A stretch of DNA of 64,000 nucleotides, taken from Haliotis rubra. Taxonomy: Eukaryota. Made by a program: the position numbers and the translations under genes. The notes below the pieces were generated by a model. It was not told the origin of the DNA. It saw nothing but the letters and a program-made list of their open reading frames with translations, and did not search any database. Shown in pieces: positions 13,733-26,089 of the stretch (the stretch's first letter is position 1; every line of letters begins with the position of its first letter). The stretch lies in contig NW_025767016.1 in the NCBI RefSeq assembly GCF_003918875.1, positions 124,001-188,000 on the forward strand, in the 5' to 3' direction.

Positions 13733-13885
13733 CTTCTACACACTATTCAGTGTTGTATAGAGTTACGTTGAACTATAGGGTCGACCTGAGGCGTCTCGCA
13801 GTTTTCAAATCAGCGCTTATACAACCCTTTCGATGAACTGACCCGCGAACGGTGCATACCTAACTCACACGTGGTACAACGTGAC
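13733..13885 (-). promoter_or_regulatory. predicted promoter and non-coding first exon of paralogue 1
   Basis: Donor AAG|GTAAGT at 13733, TTGTATAAG at 13824-13816, CACGTGGTACAACGTGAC at 13868-13885; matching acceptor TTTCAG| at 7436 just upstream of the ATG. Confidence 0.55.
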
Positions 13886-14199
13886 TTCGCGTTTGATCCG
13901 CCCCTGTTAAATAAGCATCCTCATGTGTATGTCGCAGCTAATCAGGTTAGAATGCGGCGTCTATGGGCTGCGTTTGAGCGAGGCGTTCGCTCGTTGCCAA
14001 TCAATCATTGATACGAGAGACGTATAAATAGTAAAATTCTCAAACATTTCAAGAGTATGATTAAAAAGATAAACAGGTGATAAGACATTAAAAGATACAC
14101 ATAATAAATGGGGTACCAATAAGAATAACAGTCCAGGTATATAAAAATACTCCTTCGTTTAAAAAGTATAGTATGGCAGGTTCTGGAGGTGTGAAAGAC

Positions 14200-14558
14200 T
14201 AAATCTGGGTGTCCTAAAATATTACCCAAAAAGCTGTCTGGTTGACAGGTAATCAAGGTCTGGCCATTTTTCCTTGCTAGCATTGATGAGATCCTTTCGT
14301 TTTTCGTTGTAAAGCGGACAGGTTACAATCACATGTATCTCGTCCTCTATACAGTCTATATGTAGAAACAGAGTCTCTCATCTAGGGGAATATTTTCGTA
14401 ACGTCCTGTTTCCACTCTCAGCGGCGCTACTCCACATCTAAACATAGACATGGCACTTCTATGAGCTCTGGGTATAGGACATCTGACATAAGGTTCCGTT
14501 GTGTTTGAACATTCTGTAAGTTCTGAGTTTATTTCAGCTGGCACCATTGGTTCCCGTA

Positions 14559-14592
<34 letters not shown>

Positions 14593-14965
14593 TGCTGTAT
14601 ACCTCTGTAACGTAGCTCTAAGGACTAGTTTGGTTAAAAGCTTCTTCTCCGCAAGGATTATGTCCAAAGTTCAAGTCTCGAAGATGTGTTCTTATTCTAA
14701 CATTCCAGTTCTTTTTCGTTGTTGTAAACACTCTCTTGTTAATTTTTCTTGAACTTGTGTTGTTCATTCTTGCCCAGTGTCCAGCCGCGCTTGTCCACTG
14801 TCGTACTTCGGGGGGGGAATCCATCCGGAGTCACCATTTACAGCAAGATTTGGCGCCTACTTCCCCAATCCGAGATGGAACCTAATAGCTCTGTGGTGTA
14901 CAGCGTTGACCGGTGAATGGTTTGAGGTACCCCATATAGCGGATCCATAGCCCATGATCCAGTAG
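14200..14965 (-). mobile_element. degraded non-LTR retrotransposon ORF2 C-terminus (RTE-X-like), interrupted by (CA)n at about 14560-14590
   Basis: Peptides GYGSAIWG...RAIRFHLGLGK and FRCGVAPLRVETGRY...ERLC, then IEDEIHVIVTCPLY (CCHC) after a frameshift. Confidence 0.75.
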
Positions 14966-16352
14966 CCAATAGCCAACGTAAGTACCATACCAGGAAACAG
15001 TAAGAGGAGCGGACGATGTATATTACCTGTGGGGTACACTGTAAAAACGGCGTTTAGCATCTAAACACTACCGTTACATGTTTAATGTTAAACGCGTTTA
15101 GGATAGTGTTTAATATCTAAGCAGGACGGTGATATTACGCCTGATATCTAAACGTGTTTAGATTTTAAACACATTTCTAAACATGTTTTGATAAATTTCC
15201 ATGTTCTCATATGTTGTACATTTTACTTCTATTTCCACCTATTTCATATCAATATTGATTTGAGACAAACTAAATTTAAATATGCGTAGCTTGACTCTTT
15301 GTTCAAAAGAACTGTTTTGTTATACTTTGTGACAGGCATGACTAATCATTATAGTGCAGACTTGTTATAACGGTGTCTAAAATAACTGTCACTCATGTAC
15401 TAGTTTGCGAATGTAGATTGCAAACACATTACTTGAATCGTGTTCCTGTTTTTTGTTTGTTTGTTTTTTAATTGCATAAATGTTTTTTTACAACAAAAAA
15501 CAAATCATTCCGATTGCTATGGATATCATTACATGGAACATTCAAGTAAACAATATGTTCCTGTTTCGATCATCTCATTAATTGTCTCAAATCATCTGAA
15601 TATATTGTAAAGAATGATAAAAATTTGTATTGATTTTAATCCAAATATATATTCGTAGTAAATGCCTTTTATTTTTAAATATCAAGTCACATCTAGATCT
15701 AATTAATCTATTTTGTAAGGGTCGTTGAAAATAATATCACAAAACATCAATGATCTAGATCTAATGAGTATACAGTTATTTAGATTTAAAATGTTGAACT
15801 ACAAGGTTTTAAAATATTCTGATAGTGTTCAAATAGTTCAACAGTCATGATAGTTGATGAGTATAAAAAAACGTTCAATTGCGAGTATCTGTGAGAGACT
15901 TGAACACCCTTTCGCCGTTCCCGAACAGAACAAAGAGTGGACTCAGAGTGGTTCAGAGTAATCTCCCTTGCGATGTTTCGCCATTTTTGCCTCCATATTT
16001 CCCTAAACAGGTTTTAATGATCATTTGTATGTCTCTTATCCACAATGGATGAAAGGGCAACGGTAAAATATGTTTCTGAGTTCCTCAAACAAAACAACGT
16101 GTCAGAAGAAAATATCAAGGTGTTTGAAGGTAAGTTGAGACTATACAAGAAGCTTGCATGGTTCGGTCCACGTGGCCCGCCTTTTTTCAAACTAAAGCAT
16201 TGCAAACCTGTAAGCTCATGAGCACAAAACCTTTCGAAATTTAGAAATACTTTTTTAAATTATGTCATTTACAGTGAAAGCGTAATGTAAATTGTCTTTA
16301 GCACTATAGTATATTCACCCCGTAGCTTGGGAAAACAGAATGTAGGCCTACG

Positions 16353-16898
16353 GTCGTTGGTTTCACGTTAATTTTCGACTCGCTGTGCGCATGCGTAGAG
16401 CGTGTAAAAATATCAACTGGTCAACTTCCGGTTTGGTCGTATTACCTATAGTGTAAACACACTCAAAATAAAAGCGCTATGAAGATTAATTACGTGTGAC
16501 AACTGTTCATAGTTGAGTACATACATCCATTTGCCTATGCTTTTCAATAATTCATGTCCTATTTTGGTGGCAACTGCATCAGAGATGTGTTTTTTTAGTT
16601 GTGAGAAGGGGATGTGCAGGAAGGACGGTTGACGGGTGGTGGTGAGATGCGTTTATACAAGAGCTTGTTAACAAACGTAAGCTATTTATTTAACTAACCC
16701 CGGTCCTTTCCATTCATAAATGAATTGAGATCAGTTAAATTCGACATAAACCATATATCTGTTTTGATTTTTCCTTACTTTAGAGTGTGTTTACACTATC
16801 GGTAAAGCATACGACCAAACCGGAAGTTATCCAGTGGATAGTTTTTACACGCTCTGCGCATGCGCACTGCCAGTCGAAAAATAATGTGAAACCAACGA
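16353..16898. mobile_element. MITE with about 120-bp imperfect TIRs nested in the EnSpm element
   Basis: TCGTTGGTTTCAC...CTTCCGGTTTGGTCGTAT...TAGTGTAAACACACTC mirrored by GAGTGTGTTTACACTA...ATACGACCAAACCGGAAG...GTGAAACCAACGA. Confidence 0.8.
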
Positions 16899-18971
16899 AT
16901 GAGACAGGCACAGTTACTCAACACCCCTTTTTTCTGTGAAAGGGATAGATTTATATATCGTCTATATTACGTAAATACAGATAATTTTGGACCCATGAGA
17001 GATAGACCTTTTATAGTTGGCATCTCCACTGGCGTAGGAACGATACAAGCATGACAATTGGGGTTATTGTGTGTGAGGGGGGGAGGAGCTCAGACTGCTA
17101 AGTGAAGAGAAGAGGGGCCACGGATTGTTGTGAGAAGTGTAAGGGTGGGGGTTGGACCAGAGAAGATGACCAGTTATGGTATATCCAATATGGGAAACTA
17201 CAATTTGTGTTACTTGTTTTTGATATATTTAGCATCTTTAATCAGAGATGCATCATTATGTGCTATAATCAATATTATATGTTATATACTAGCCTATACT
17301 TTGGCAAAACATACGACTTCAAGACAGAGCCTGAATGAGGATGACCTTATGACCTTATTTATTGGTGCCAAATTTATCAAATCTGATATGTGATCATAAC
17401 TACTAGTAATTGTTGGGATCGGGGCTCGCAAACACTTCTCTAGTTTAAAATACAATTTACAATTTATGCATAATGAATGCATGTCAGCAAGAATTTTAGA
17501 TGAGATTGATTACTAAAAAATTACTTTTGTTTCAGCTTAACCATCCCACTATTAACAAGGCTAGTAACACCTTGAGACATTACAACATACAGATTAATAC
17601 AAACTTTGAAGATGAATCAACAGTGCAGCATGTGCCCGTTTTTTCTAACAGTAGACAGGAACTAACATATCATCTGCTGTCTCATCAACCTAATGCATCT
17701 AACTTCATAATACACTGTAGTGGAGCAGGGTGTGGAGCAAGTTTTAGGAAGTTAGATTCATTTAGAAGGCACTGTGAAAGGAAACAGGGAAAATGAAATG
17801 ATAATTCAGATCTTCGTATTTTATGTTATTGTTCAGAATTTTAGTATCCCATAATTGCCACTAATTTTGCCATGCAATAATACATGTTAATTTAGGGGTC
17901 ATTATTTTACAGCTACTTCTGAGATGGACCTGACAGAAGCTAAACAAGCTTTAGACATCGAGCTGAAAAAAACTCAGACTGAACAGGATAGGGCAAAGAT
18001 CCTTAAACTACAAAGAGTCACATTTAAAGATAGGAGAAATTTTGTTGCACGAGTTAGGGAAGATGGCAGCATTAGAGCTATAACAAATGAATATCCAAGT
18101 CTTGCAAAGAGTCTTTTGTAAGTGATCCAATATCATCCTGATTAAAAAACTACAGGAGAAACATTTACCATGTCTACACAATTACTCCTAGGCCAAATGT
18201 AGAGATAACATTATTATCAGGTAATATGATACACCCAGCTGTATCACCCTTACTGCATATCCTGATCATGTTGAACATCAGTGCTTGTCACCGTCCATTA
18301 AACCATGCAGTTAATACTCATGAAGTTGGTCTATGAACATGTGGACACTGTTTCAACAGCGGGGTAAACCTTGTTTGTTTTCAGCAACCTGATACATTCT
18401 TTGTCTAGTTCCACATTGACAATAATCTCTGGAGGATGGGAGTTGTCATACCAATTACTGGATAACACTTTTACTGCTGGTGAAAGATCCTAAAAGACAG
18501 GGACTTTTCTAACATTTGGCCTAGGACTACAGTTCCCATAAAAGTTCTAGTACAACAGCATTTTTGCCATACCCGAGAACATAATGTTCTATATTTGTCA
18601 GAAAATATTAGCTTTTTTATGCATAAATGTTTGTTTTACAGGTGGAGAAGGAATTTTCTTGATGAAATCAAACCTTGGTAAAAAAAAAAGGGGCATGATG
18701 GAAAAATTCAACGAGCTGCTTTCCGACATTAAAAAACTTATTGGTGTTAATGCAGTTGTGGTGAATAAATAAAATCTTTATTTAAGGCCAAATAGAAAAA
18801 AATTCTTGGTTCTCAGGCACCGCCGCATCAACCTGGAAGCTCCCAAGATCTTTTTTTATTTTCATTTTGAGCAGAACAAAGATTTTGACCCCTGGGTAGC
18901 CCATATTTTCTAATTTAAAAAAAAATAGACATGCAAATGTGTTGGACTTAGGAAAAAGGCAGGGGTAGGCT

Positions 18972-19240
18972 TTGTTTCCGGAGCACAACTCGAAAACCGT
19001 TCAATATCTTTCAACAAAACTTGGCAGTTATATGAGTCAGATGTCAAAGTGGTGCCTTTTGCTATTTGCAGCTTTTCCAATTTTTTGTTTTCGGTTTCCA
19101 TGGAAACGTTTTGGACTTAAGTCTCAAAAGGAAGGTGTGGCTAAAAATATCAAGTTGGACTTCAAGTAACTGTCAGATGATTTGTTCTTTCAACTTTGTG
19201 GGGGCCAGGGGGGATTTGTCATCGTCTGATGACTTGTTTT
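18972..19240 (+). mobile_element. probable Helentron-associated (HINE-like) fragment nested in the EnSpm element
   Basis: 3' end GGGGGATTT-GTCATC-GTCT-GATGAC-TTGTTTT: short terminal hairpin followed by a T run. Confidence 0.4.
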
Positions 19241-19621
19241 GAAAACCCATTGCCTGAGAACAATCAACAGTGCAGGTGTTGAAGTTATTGGAGACAACAA
19301 TTAAGATCGTGTCAAAATCGAAGAAAGCATTGCCAGATTTAATTACACGAATGGATGTAAGTTAACTATCTACAACAAGCTTTTGTCATTGCCTGAAGAA
19401 TTGTTGTAGTGTATATATTCAGTCAAAGATTATTTGTAGAAGTTATTTCAGAGAAATGAATGTTTTCATTTAATGTTTTAATATCTGCCATGTGGTATGT
19501 CTACTGATACATTCAACTTTCCTTCATTTGAATTTCAGGTGAAAGGTGCCGACTTCTCCTCACGAAGGAACGAAGCACCCAGACTGGTGCTAATAAATGG
19601 CACTAACACAAGCGCCTACAT

Positions 19622-20642
19622 TGTAGGAGACAACATACAGATGAAGGTCAGCAACACTGTACAGATGAAGGTCAGCAACAGGTTCAGGAGACAACATACA
19701 GATGAAGGTCAGCAACAGTGTGTAGGAGACAACATACAGATGAAGGTCAGCAACAGTGTGTAGGAGACAACATACAGATGAAGGTCAGCAACAGTGTGTA
19801 GGAGACAACATACAGATGAAGGTCAGCAACAGTGTGTAGGAGACAACATACAGATGAAGGTCAGCAACAGTGTGTAGGAGACAACATACAGATGAAGGTC
19901 AGCAACAGTGTGTAGGAGACAACATACAGATGAAGGTCAGCAACAGTGTGTAGGAGACAACATACAGATGAAGGTCAGCAACAGTGTGTAGGAGACAACA
20001 TACAGATGAAGGTCAGCAACAGTGTGTAGGAGACAACATACAGATGAAGGTCAGCAACAGTGTGCAGGAGACAACATACAGATGAAGGTCAGCAACAGTG
20101 TGCAGGAGACAACATACAGATGAAGGTCAGCAACAGTGTGTAGGAGACAACATACAGATGAAGGTCAGCAACAGTGTGTAGGAGACAACATACAGATGAA
20201 GGTCAGCAACAGTGTGTAGGAGACAACATACAGATGAAGGTCAGCAACAGTGTGTAGGAGACAACATACAGATGAAGGTCAGCAACAGTGTGTAGGAGAC
20301 AACATACAGATGAAGGTCAGCAACAGTGTGTAGGAGACAACATACAGATGAAGGTCAGCAACAGTGTGTAGGAGACAACATACAGATGAAGGTCAGCAAC
20401 AGTGTGTGCAGGAGACAACATACAGATGAAGGTCAGCAACAGTGTGCAGGAGACAACATACAGATGAAGGTCAGCAACAGTGTGCAGGAGACAACATACA
20501 GATGAAGGTCAGCAACAGTGTGCAGGAGACAACATACAGATGAAGGTCAGCAACAGTGTGCAGGAGACAACATACAGATGAAGGTCAGCAACAGTGTGTA
20601 GGAGACAACATACAGATGAAGGTCAGCAACAGTGTGCAGGAG
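19622..20642. repeat. 38-bp minisatellite (TGTAGGAGACAACATACAGATGAAGGTCAGCAACAGTG)n, about 27 copies
   Basis: Near-perfect tandem array inside the last exon of the EnSpm gene. Confidence 0.95.
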
Positions 20643-22815
20643 GCAATGCTGACACTCATGTTTTCCTACTACGCTTGGGATCTAAGTTATCCCAAACGTG
20701 TTCGACTACTTAGACTACTCCAATCTTATGTTCTTGGAGACAGTGCACCTTTTTTCAAGGGATCAAACTACCAGAAGTTTATGAAAGAATTGGAGGATAG
20801 TTTAAGTCAGTAAACACTTTCCAGTGACAATTACCAGTACCAACCAGACATGAACAATATAAAGTCCAGTTTTTATTGTGTTTACAGTATTTTGCAAATA
20901 TTGAAATGATTAAAATAATTCAGTTTACTGTGATGTTCATTTCATTTCAGTGCATTTTGTTTGCAAGGAAAATGTCCTGCACAGAAAAGATACATAATGG
21001 GTTAAGTTAATGTCTTGCTAAAGACCATAGGGTTCTGCATCATTGTTTGGGTAGATCTCATAATTTTGTAAATATTTTTCTTAAAACGTTTTAAAGAAAG
21101 ATTGATTGCCGTTTCTAACTTTGATGCGGGTTGGACCTAATCTCAATATGCTGTTTTTATTGTTTGAATTAGAATTTATTTTACCAAAACCATTTGGATT
21201 GTTTCTGCATTCTCCAAAAAAGTTTAGCTTTCCCCTATTCATTGCTATGTGTGTTTTATAGTACTTGATGAAATACTTCTGACCTTTTTAAAATTAAAAC
21301 TACGGCAAGAGATTTGGAAAGTTTGTGCTTGTATTTTGAACATCAATCATTGTTTTCTAGGAAGGCTTCTTTGAGTTCTTTATTTGTGATTTTATCAAAG
21401 GTGTTAACCAAATCAAATTAATTATGGGTACTGTATACACTCAGTGATTTCTTTAAACACTGGGCATGCATATACAGCCTGTAACATTTCACTGTTTTTC
21501 CATAACCTATATATCAAGTTTCGTAAAACTATAAATAAAATTGGTTTCTATGAACTTAATGCTCTCGCATTTTCAGGTGATAATCAGGATTATTTCGGTA
21601 CAACTATGTACTGATATGCTAAACACAATCCTAAACGCGTACCTATTCTGTTTTTTTACATGTTAAGGTAGCTAAACATGTTTAAGCATCTAAACATGTT
21701 TAGATGCTAAACTCATTTCTTAACATGTTTAGGTAACTAAACATGTAAAGGGAGTGTACACAATATCACATATTCGGTGTTTTTTTCTTCCCGAATAATG
21801 CGACCCCTTAAACGGTCAATATTGTTTCATTAAGTAAAAGATATATACATTGTTCACTGTCTGATTTTCTGACAAGATTTATAGTGATCCCCTGATTTAT
21901 CCTGGGTATTTAAGCTGAGCTTAAGGTGATGGTAAAATACGGATCAGCTTACTTATACAGCGACATGTATACACGTGTGTGTGGCACCATTGCCAGTATT
22001 GATTGCAACCCGCGTCGTACAGCTGTACCTGTACTGAATGCAGCGTCAAGCAAACACATAAACATATAGCCCAGATTGTAAATAGACTCTGCTTGTAGCA
22101 GAGATTTCTTATGAAGGTGTAAAGGGCTTTGTCGTTTCTATTTACGCCAGTTTTGTGCGCACAGAATCCAACCGTGGTGAATACCCCAACAGTCAAACAG
22201 TCTTATCCCCTTAATTGCGGAATTTAGGTCGGGTAATAACTCTTACCATCCAATGAAATTTACTATTAATCGATAACAACTTCTATGATACACTATTATG
22301 GCGACGGTTTGGGCAGGAGGGTGGGGATTTCTACCGAAACGTGGCTGTAATAGGGTATTAAATAAGTTGCTGTGTCTACTTTCTCTTCCGTCAACTTCCA
22401 TGAAATAAGTATCAAAGAATTTAGCCTTTGATAAACATTTTGAAGTTAGAAGGACACGAATACGTGACACTTTTATATAGACAACACCTTCTTTTATTCT
22501 TTATCACGATGTTTCAGAGCTACTTCTTGCTCGCGGCATCATCGGGTGAATGCTGCATGTATACTTGTTTCATAGCCTGACATGATAGACCAGGAAGTTG
22601 GATGCAGGTTGAAAGAGAACACACTGTTTTACCTCTGATAACGCGTAAGATGACAATCCTTTGTTCTGGGATGATGGTAAGTTGAGGAATCTGACTTAAG
22701 TACCTACGTCAACAGCTGAGGTATTTTGACTAACGGTTAATGTCAAAATATGAAATCAACATACCACAAAATGCAGTTCTTGAGAAAATGTGCAACTAGT
22801 GCATCAGTATCATTA

Positions 22816-23147
22816 GGAACCGTTAATGATTTAAGGCTAGGGGGTGGGATGATGTTGATTTAAAGTGGGCGTCACCCATTTTGTTCTGGGATGGCAAGGG
22901 GGGAGGGGGAAATAAATTTTGTTCACATGTATTAGGGGGTCAGCAATTCTGTACATAGAAATATTAAAACATTACGCTTTAAAAATATGGGAAGGGAGGG
23001 GGCATTGATTTTGTACATGACAGGGCGGGGTCACTTACTTTGTACATATATTTTAGGGGTCATTCACATTTACATGCTTCTCCATGAAAATCATCAACCA
23101 CCCCACCCCCCACTCCCACCCCCTAGCCATATATTATGAACGGTGCC
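22816..23147. mobile_element. PIF/Harbinger-like MITE
   Basis: TTA|GGAACCGTTAATGATTTAAGGCTAGGGGG ... CCCCCTAGCCATATATTATGAACGGTGCC|TTA; 3-bp TTA TSD. Confidence 0.7.
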
Positions 23148-24267
23148 TTACCCCATACATAAGCACTGTGATTATCAAAGGGCGAGGTTACACATGATTA
23201 ACGTTGGACGCTTGAATGTTCAACAACAACTAGTCATCAAGTAAATCATTTCAAGATAATCCTAATTTATCGTGATCAATCTTTGTCTCCATGAGGCCAG
23301 AGAATAAACTTACTCTTTTCCACATTTCGAGGCTAGGTTAAGGTTATTAATGAAGTCGTTCATCCTGAGCGATAAAGGATGTTCGTGATCATCAGACGGA
23401 GTTGGGTAGTTGAGGCTTGCACTGTTCTTTCGTTGTTCGCGGTTCGTGTGCAGATCGCCCAAACGCATAAGTGTGGGTTACCCTCACTTGTCCAGTCACA
23501 GCAAGAGTCTTTATGTTGTATTTACTTTGGAGATTCGAGGTCACATTATCAGGTCACGGTGTCCGATAAGGGTACGAGTCCCTACTGGTTGAATGTGTGG
23601 AGTAAACAGTTTCAAGATCATGTCTATGAAAATGCAAACATCCTTGGCAGTAAACAATGTATCATAAATCCAAATATATGTGTCTCTTTATGACTAAAGA
23701 CAACAAAACCGTTAAGTATCTGTATATTTCTTGATTATATGTGATAATATAGAAGTAGTACTTTATCTTTAACAAAGGATACATGATTTTTTTTCCATTT
23801 CTGGTCAATGAAAGGTTGGCTTGATTTCATAAACATTTCCTTTGTGAACTGTTAGTGTGCCGTATTTACCCGAGGTGTCACACAATTGTCATATGCCTCG
23901 TGTGGAAAGATCACAGCAACGTTACATGGGCCCCGAAAAAGTTTCAAAACGTGTATGCATGGTAGACATGTGGGGGACATTTCCAAATTTACGAATCAGG
24001 GCCTAGATTTTCGAAGCACTCTTAGCGCCAAGATAGTCGTAAGTTAATGTTAATGTATGGCACTTATCTTTCTGCCTTCAGTAGAAATTTGGAAAGGGCA
24101 TTTTCGCTTTTATTTGTGTGTTATTCATTATGTATGACCGGTAATGATACTGCCCTTGCTACCCCCTCCCCGACAGTTGTACATACTGTTGCCAGGAGGG
24201 GTTGTTGGTTCCTGTAATTACATCAGAATAAGTAGAACATGAAGTTTTAAACATGGGTTCATATGAT

Positions 24268-24742
24268 ATCAGTAATAATTATATATGATACTACAACATG
24301 TTAAAACTAACCAACAAACCATCAGTAATAATTATATATGATACTACAACATGTTAAAACTAACCAACAGACCATCAGTAATAATTATATATGATACTAC
24401 AACATGTTAAAACTAACCAACAGACCATCAGTAATAATTATATATGATACTACAACATGTTAAAACTAACCAACAAACCATCAGTAATAATTATATATGA
24501 TGCTACAACATGTTAAAACTAACCAACAGACCATCAGTAATAATTATATATGATACTACAACATGTTAAAACTAACCAACAGACCATCAGTAATAATTAT
24601 ATATGATACTACAACATGTTAAAACTAACCAACAAACCATCAGTAATAATTATATATGATGCTACAACATGTTAAAACTAACCAACAGACCATCAGTGAT
24701 AATTATATATGATACTACAACATGTTAAAACTAACCAACAAA
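24268..24742. repeat. 53-bp minisatellite, about 9 copies
   Basis: Unit ATCAGTAATAATTATATATGATACTACAACATGTTAAAACTAACCAACARACC. Confidence 0.95.
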
Positions 24743-24835
24743 CAACGATAACAAAACAATACAGAAGCCAATACGAAAATCGTCAAATTATAAATGAACC
24801 ATATATTACTCAATATACACAATATATACTGGATT

Positions 24836-24838
<3 letters not shown>

Positions 24839-24899
<61 letters not shown>
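24839..24899. repeat. (AT)n microsatellite
   Basis: About 30 AT units. Confidence 0.95.
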
Positions 24900-24900
<1 letters not shown>

Positions 24901-25579
24901 GTGCATTCCTAGTAAGCAGTTATAAAATCGTTCTTATATAACCGAACACATTGACCTATAAAATTGATGTTGTATAACCGAACACATTGACCTACATAGC
25001 GGGGCTGATACACACAAGCAAACGTTCACGTGGCCACGTGGTCAGCGAGCCGTGTTAACTCACGAAGCATGGTCTGCTTGCCTGACAGACTGCGTTCACA
25101 CAAAGCAATGCAAGCATTAGTCACGGTGATAAACGGTACCCCAACCTCTTTCAGCACAAACTGACTGATTGTCCACAAGGACATTAACGACCTATTCTGA
25201 TAACCAGGTGATCGCCTATTGTTACCTTCAAGAAACTGGATAACAACTTCAGTGATAACTGACATACATACGTTAAACACTCACTGGGATGCCAGTGCGC
25301 ATGAAACATATTCACAATACACATTTTATTGCTGGCAGACCCCAGGCTTATGAAGCGAGTTTTGGTCATTCTTGATGTGGCTTACACCAGAGACCATATA
25401 ATAGAGGGACGGCCCTCCCCAACAGTTTATCACTAACCATCAGCGCTACGGCCTGACATGTAACTGATACACATCGACACCCTGCTGCTAACTTCCCTCT
25501 ACCGGTACACATGCGCAACAAATTCTCAAATGAGCACACTGGTATGGTCTCTGCTTACACCGAGCACGGGGTGGTGGGG

Positions 25580-25771
25580 TAGTCTGTCTCACAGTCCCTG
25601 AACCACATTAATTTCCCTACTGCCAAGCCCTCTCTGCTGTGCTAAAGCCCTAAATAAAGCAAGTCTAGATTTCCTCTGAATCTCTGGTCTCCCTAGGGCT
25701 CCTTTTCAATATAAATGGGCTTGTTTGTTACTATCAAAATTAAATATATTCAGAGACTAAGCCTTAGTCTA
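25580..25771. mobile_element. AcademH-like non-autonomous element, copy 2
   Basis: Near-identical to 3735-3932; 10-bp TSD GGTGGTGGGG on both sides. Confidence 0.8.
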
Positions 25772-26089
25772 GGTGGTGGGGCAATATGGTACTTTGAGCG
25801 TTTACTCTTTACACGGTTTGATTTCCCACGGGTACAACGTTTAAAGGCGATTTCCACGAGTGCATTGTTTAAAGACGATTTCTTTTATTCCCTGTTTGAA
25901 ATTCCTGGAATATACCTGCATGAATATGTACATGAAACTAGAGTTGTTGTGTTGATGTGTTTCGTGTTCTATAACTCAGTCCTCAGTTGAGTTTAAGTAT
26001 ATTTCAGTGATTGATATCATGGTCAACATCAATCAGGTACAACCCTCAATCAACCAAGGCACAGAGCCTGTCCACCCGATTAACAAGTC

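Larger units (their letters stand above)
16045..20813 (+). pseudogene. spliced SAM/SAMD3-like accessory gene of the EnSpm element, disrupted
   Basis: Exon-like pieces: 16045-16129 (MDERATVKYVSEFLKQNNVSEENIKVFE), about 17330-17390 (LNEDDLMTLFIG), 17536-17796 (C2H2-like CSGAGCGASFRKLDSFRRH), 17913-18117 (LQRVTFKDRR...EYPSL), about 18642-18760, 19276-19356 and 19539-20813 (AMLTLMFSYYAWDLSYP). Frames do not join cleanly. Confidence 0.65.
15037..21756 (+). mobile_element. EnSpm/CACTA-type DNA transposon (6.7 kb), apparently lacking a DDE transposase
   Basis: TA|CACTGTAAAAA ... GGGAGTG|TA (2-bp TSD); inverted subterminal repeats GTTTAGCATCTAAACA / TGTTTAGATGCTAAAC and CGCGTTTAGGAT / ATCCTAAACGCG. 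Confidence 0.8.

Noticed and set aside
19622-20642. Relationship of the 38-mer to the 21-mer at window start
   Set aside because: The 38-mer is fully explained by the surrounding coding exon; the resemblance is probably compositional.
23300-23352. Alternative first-exon donor for paralogue 1
   Set aside because: Too close to its TATA-like sequence and lacks the shared motif; 13733 fits better.
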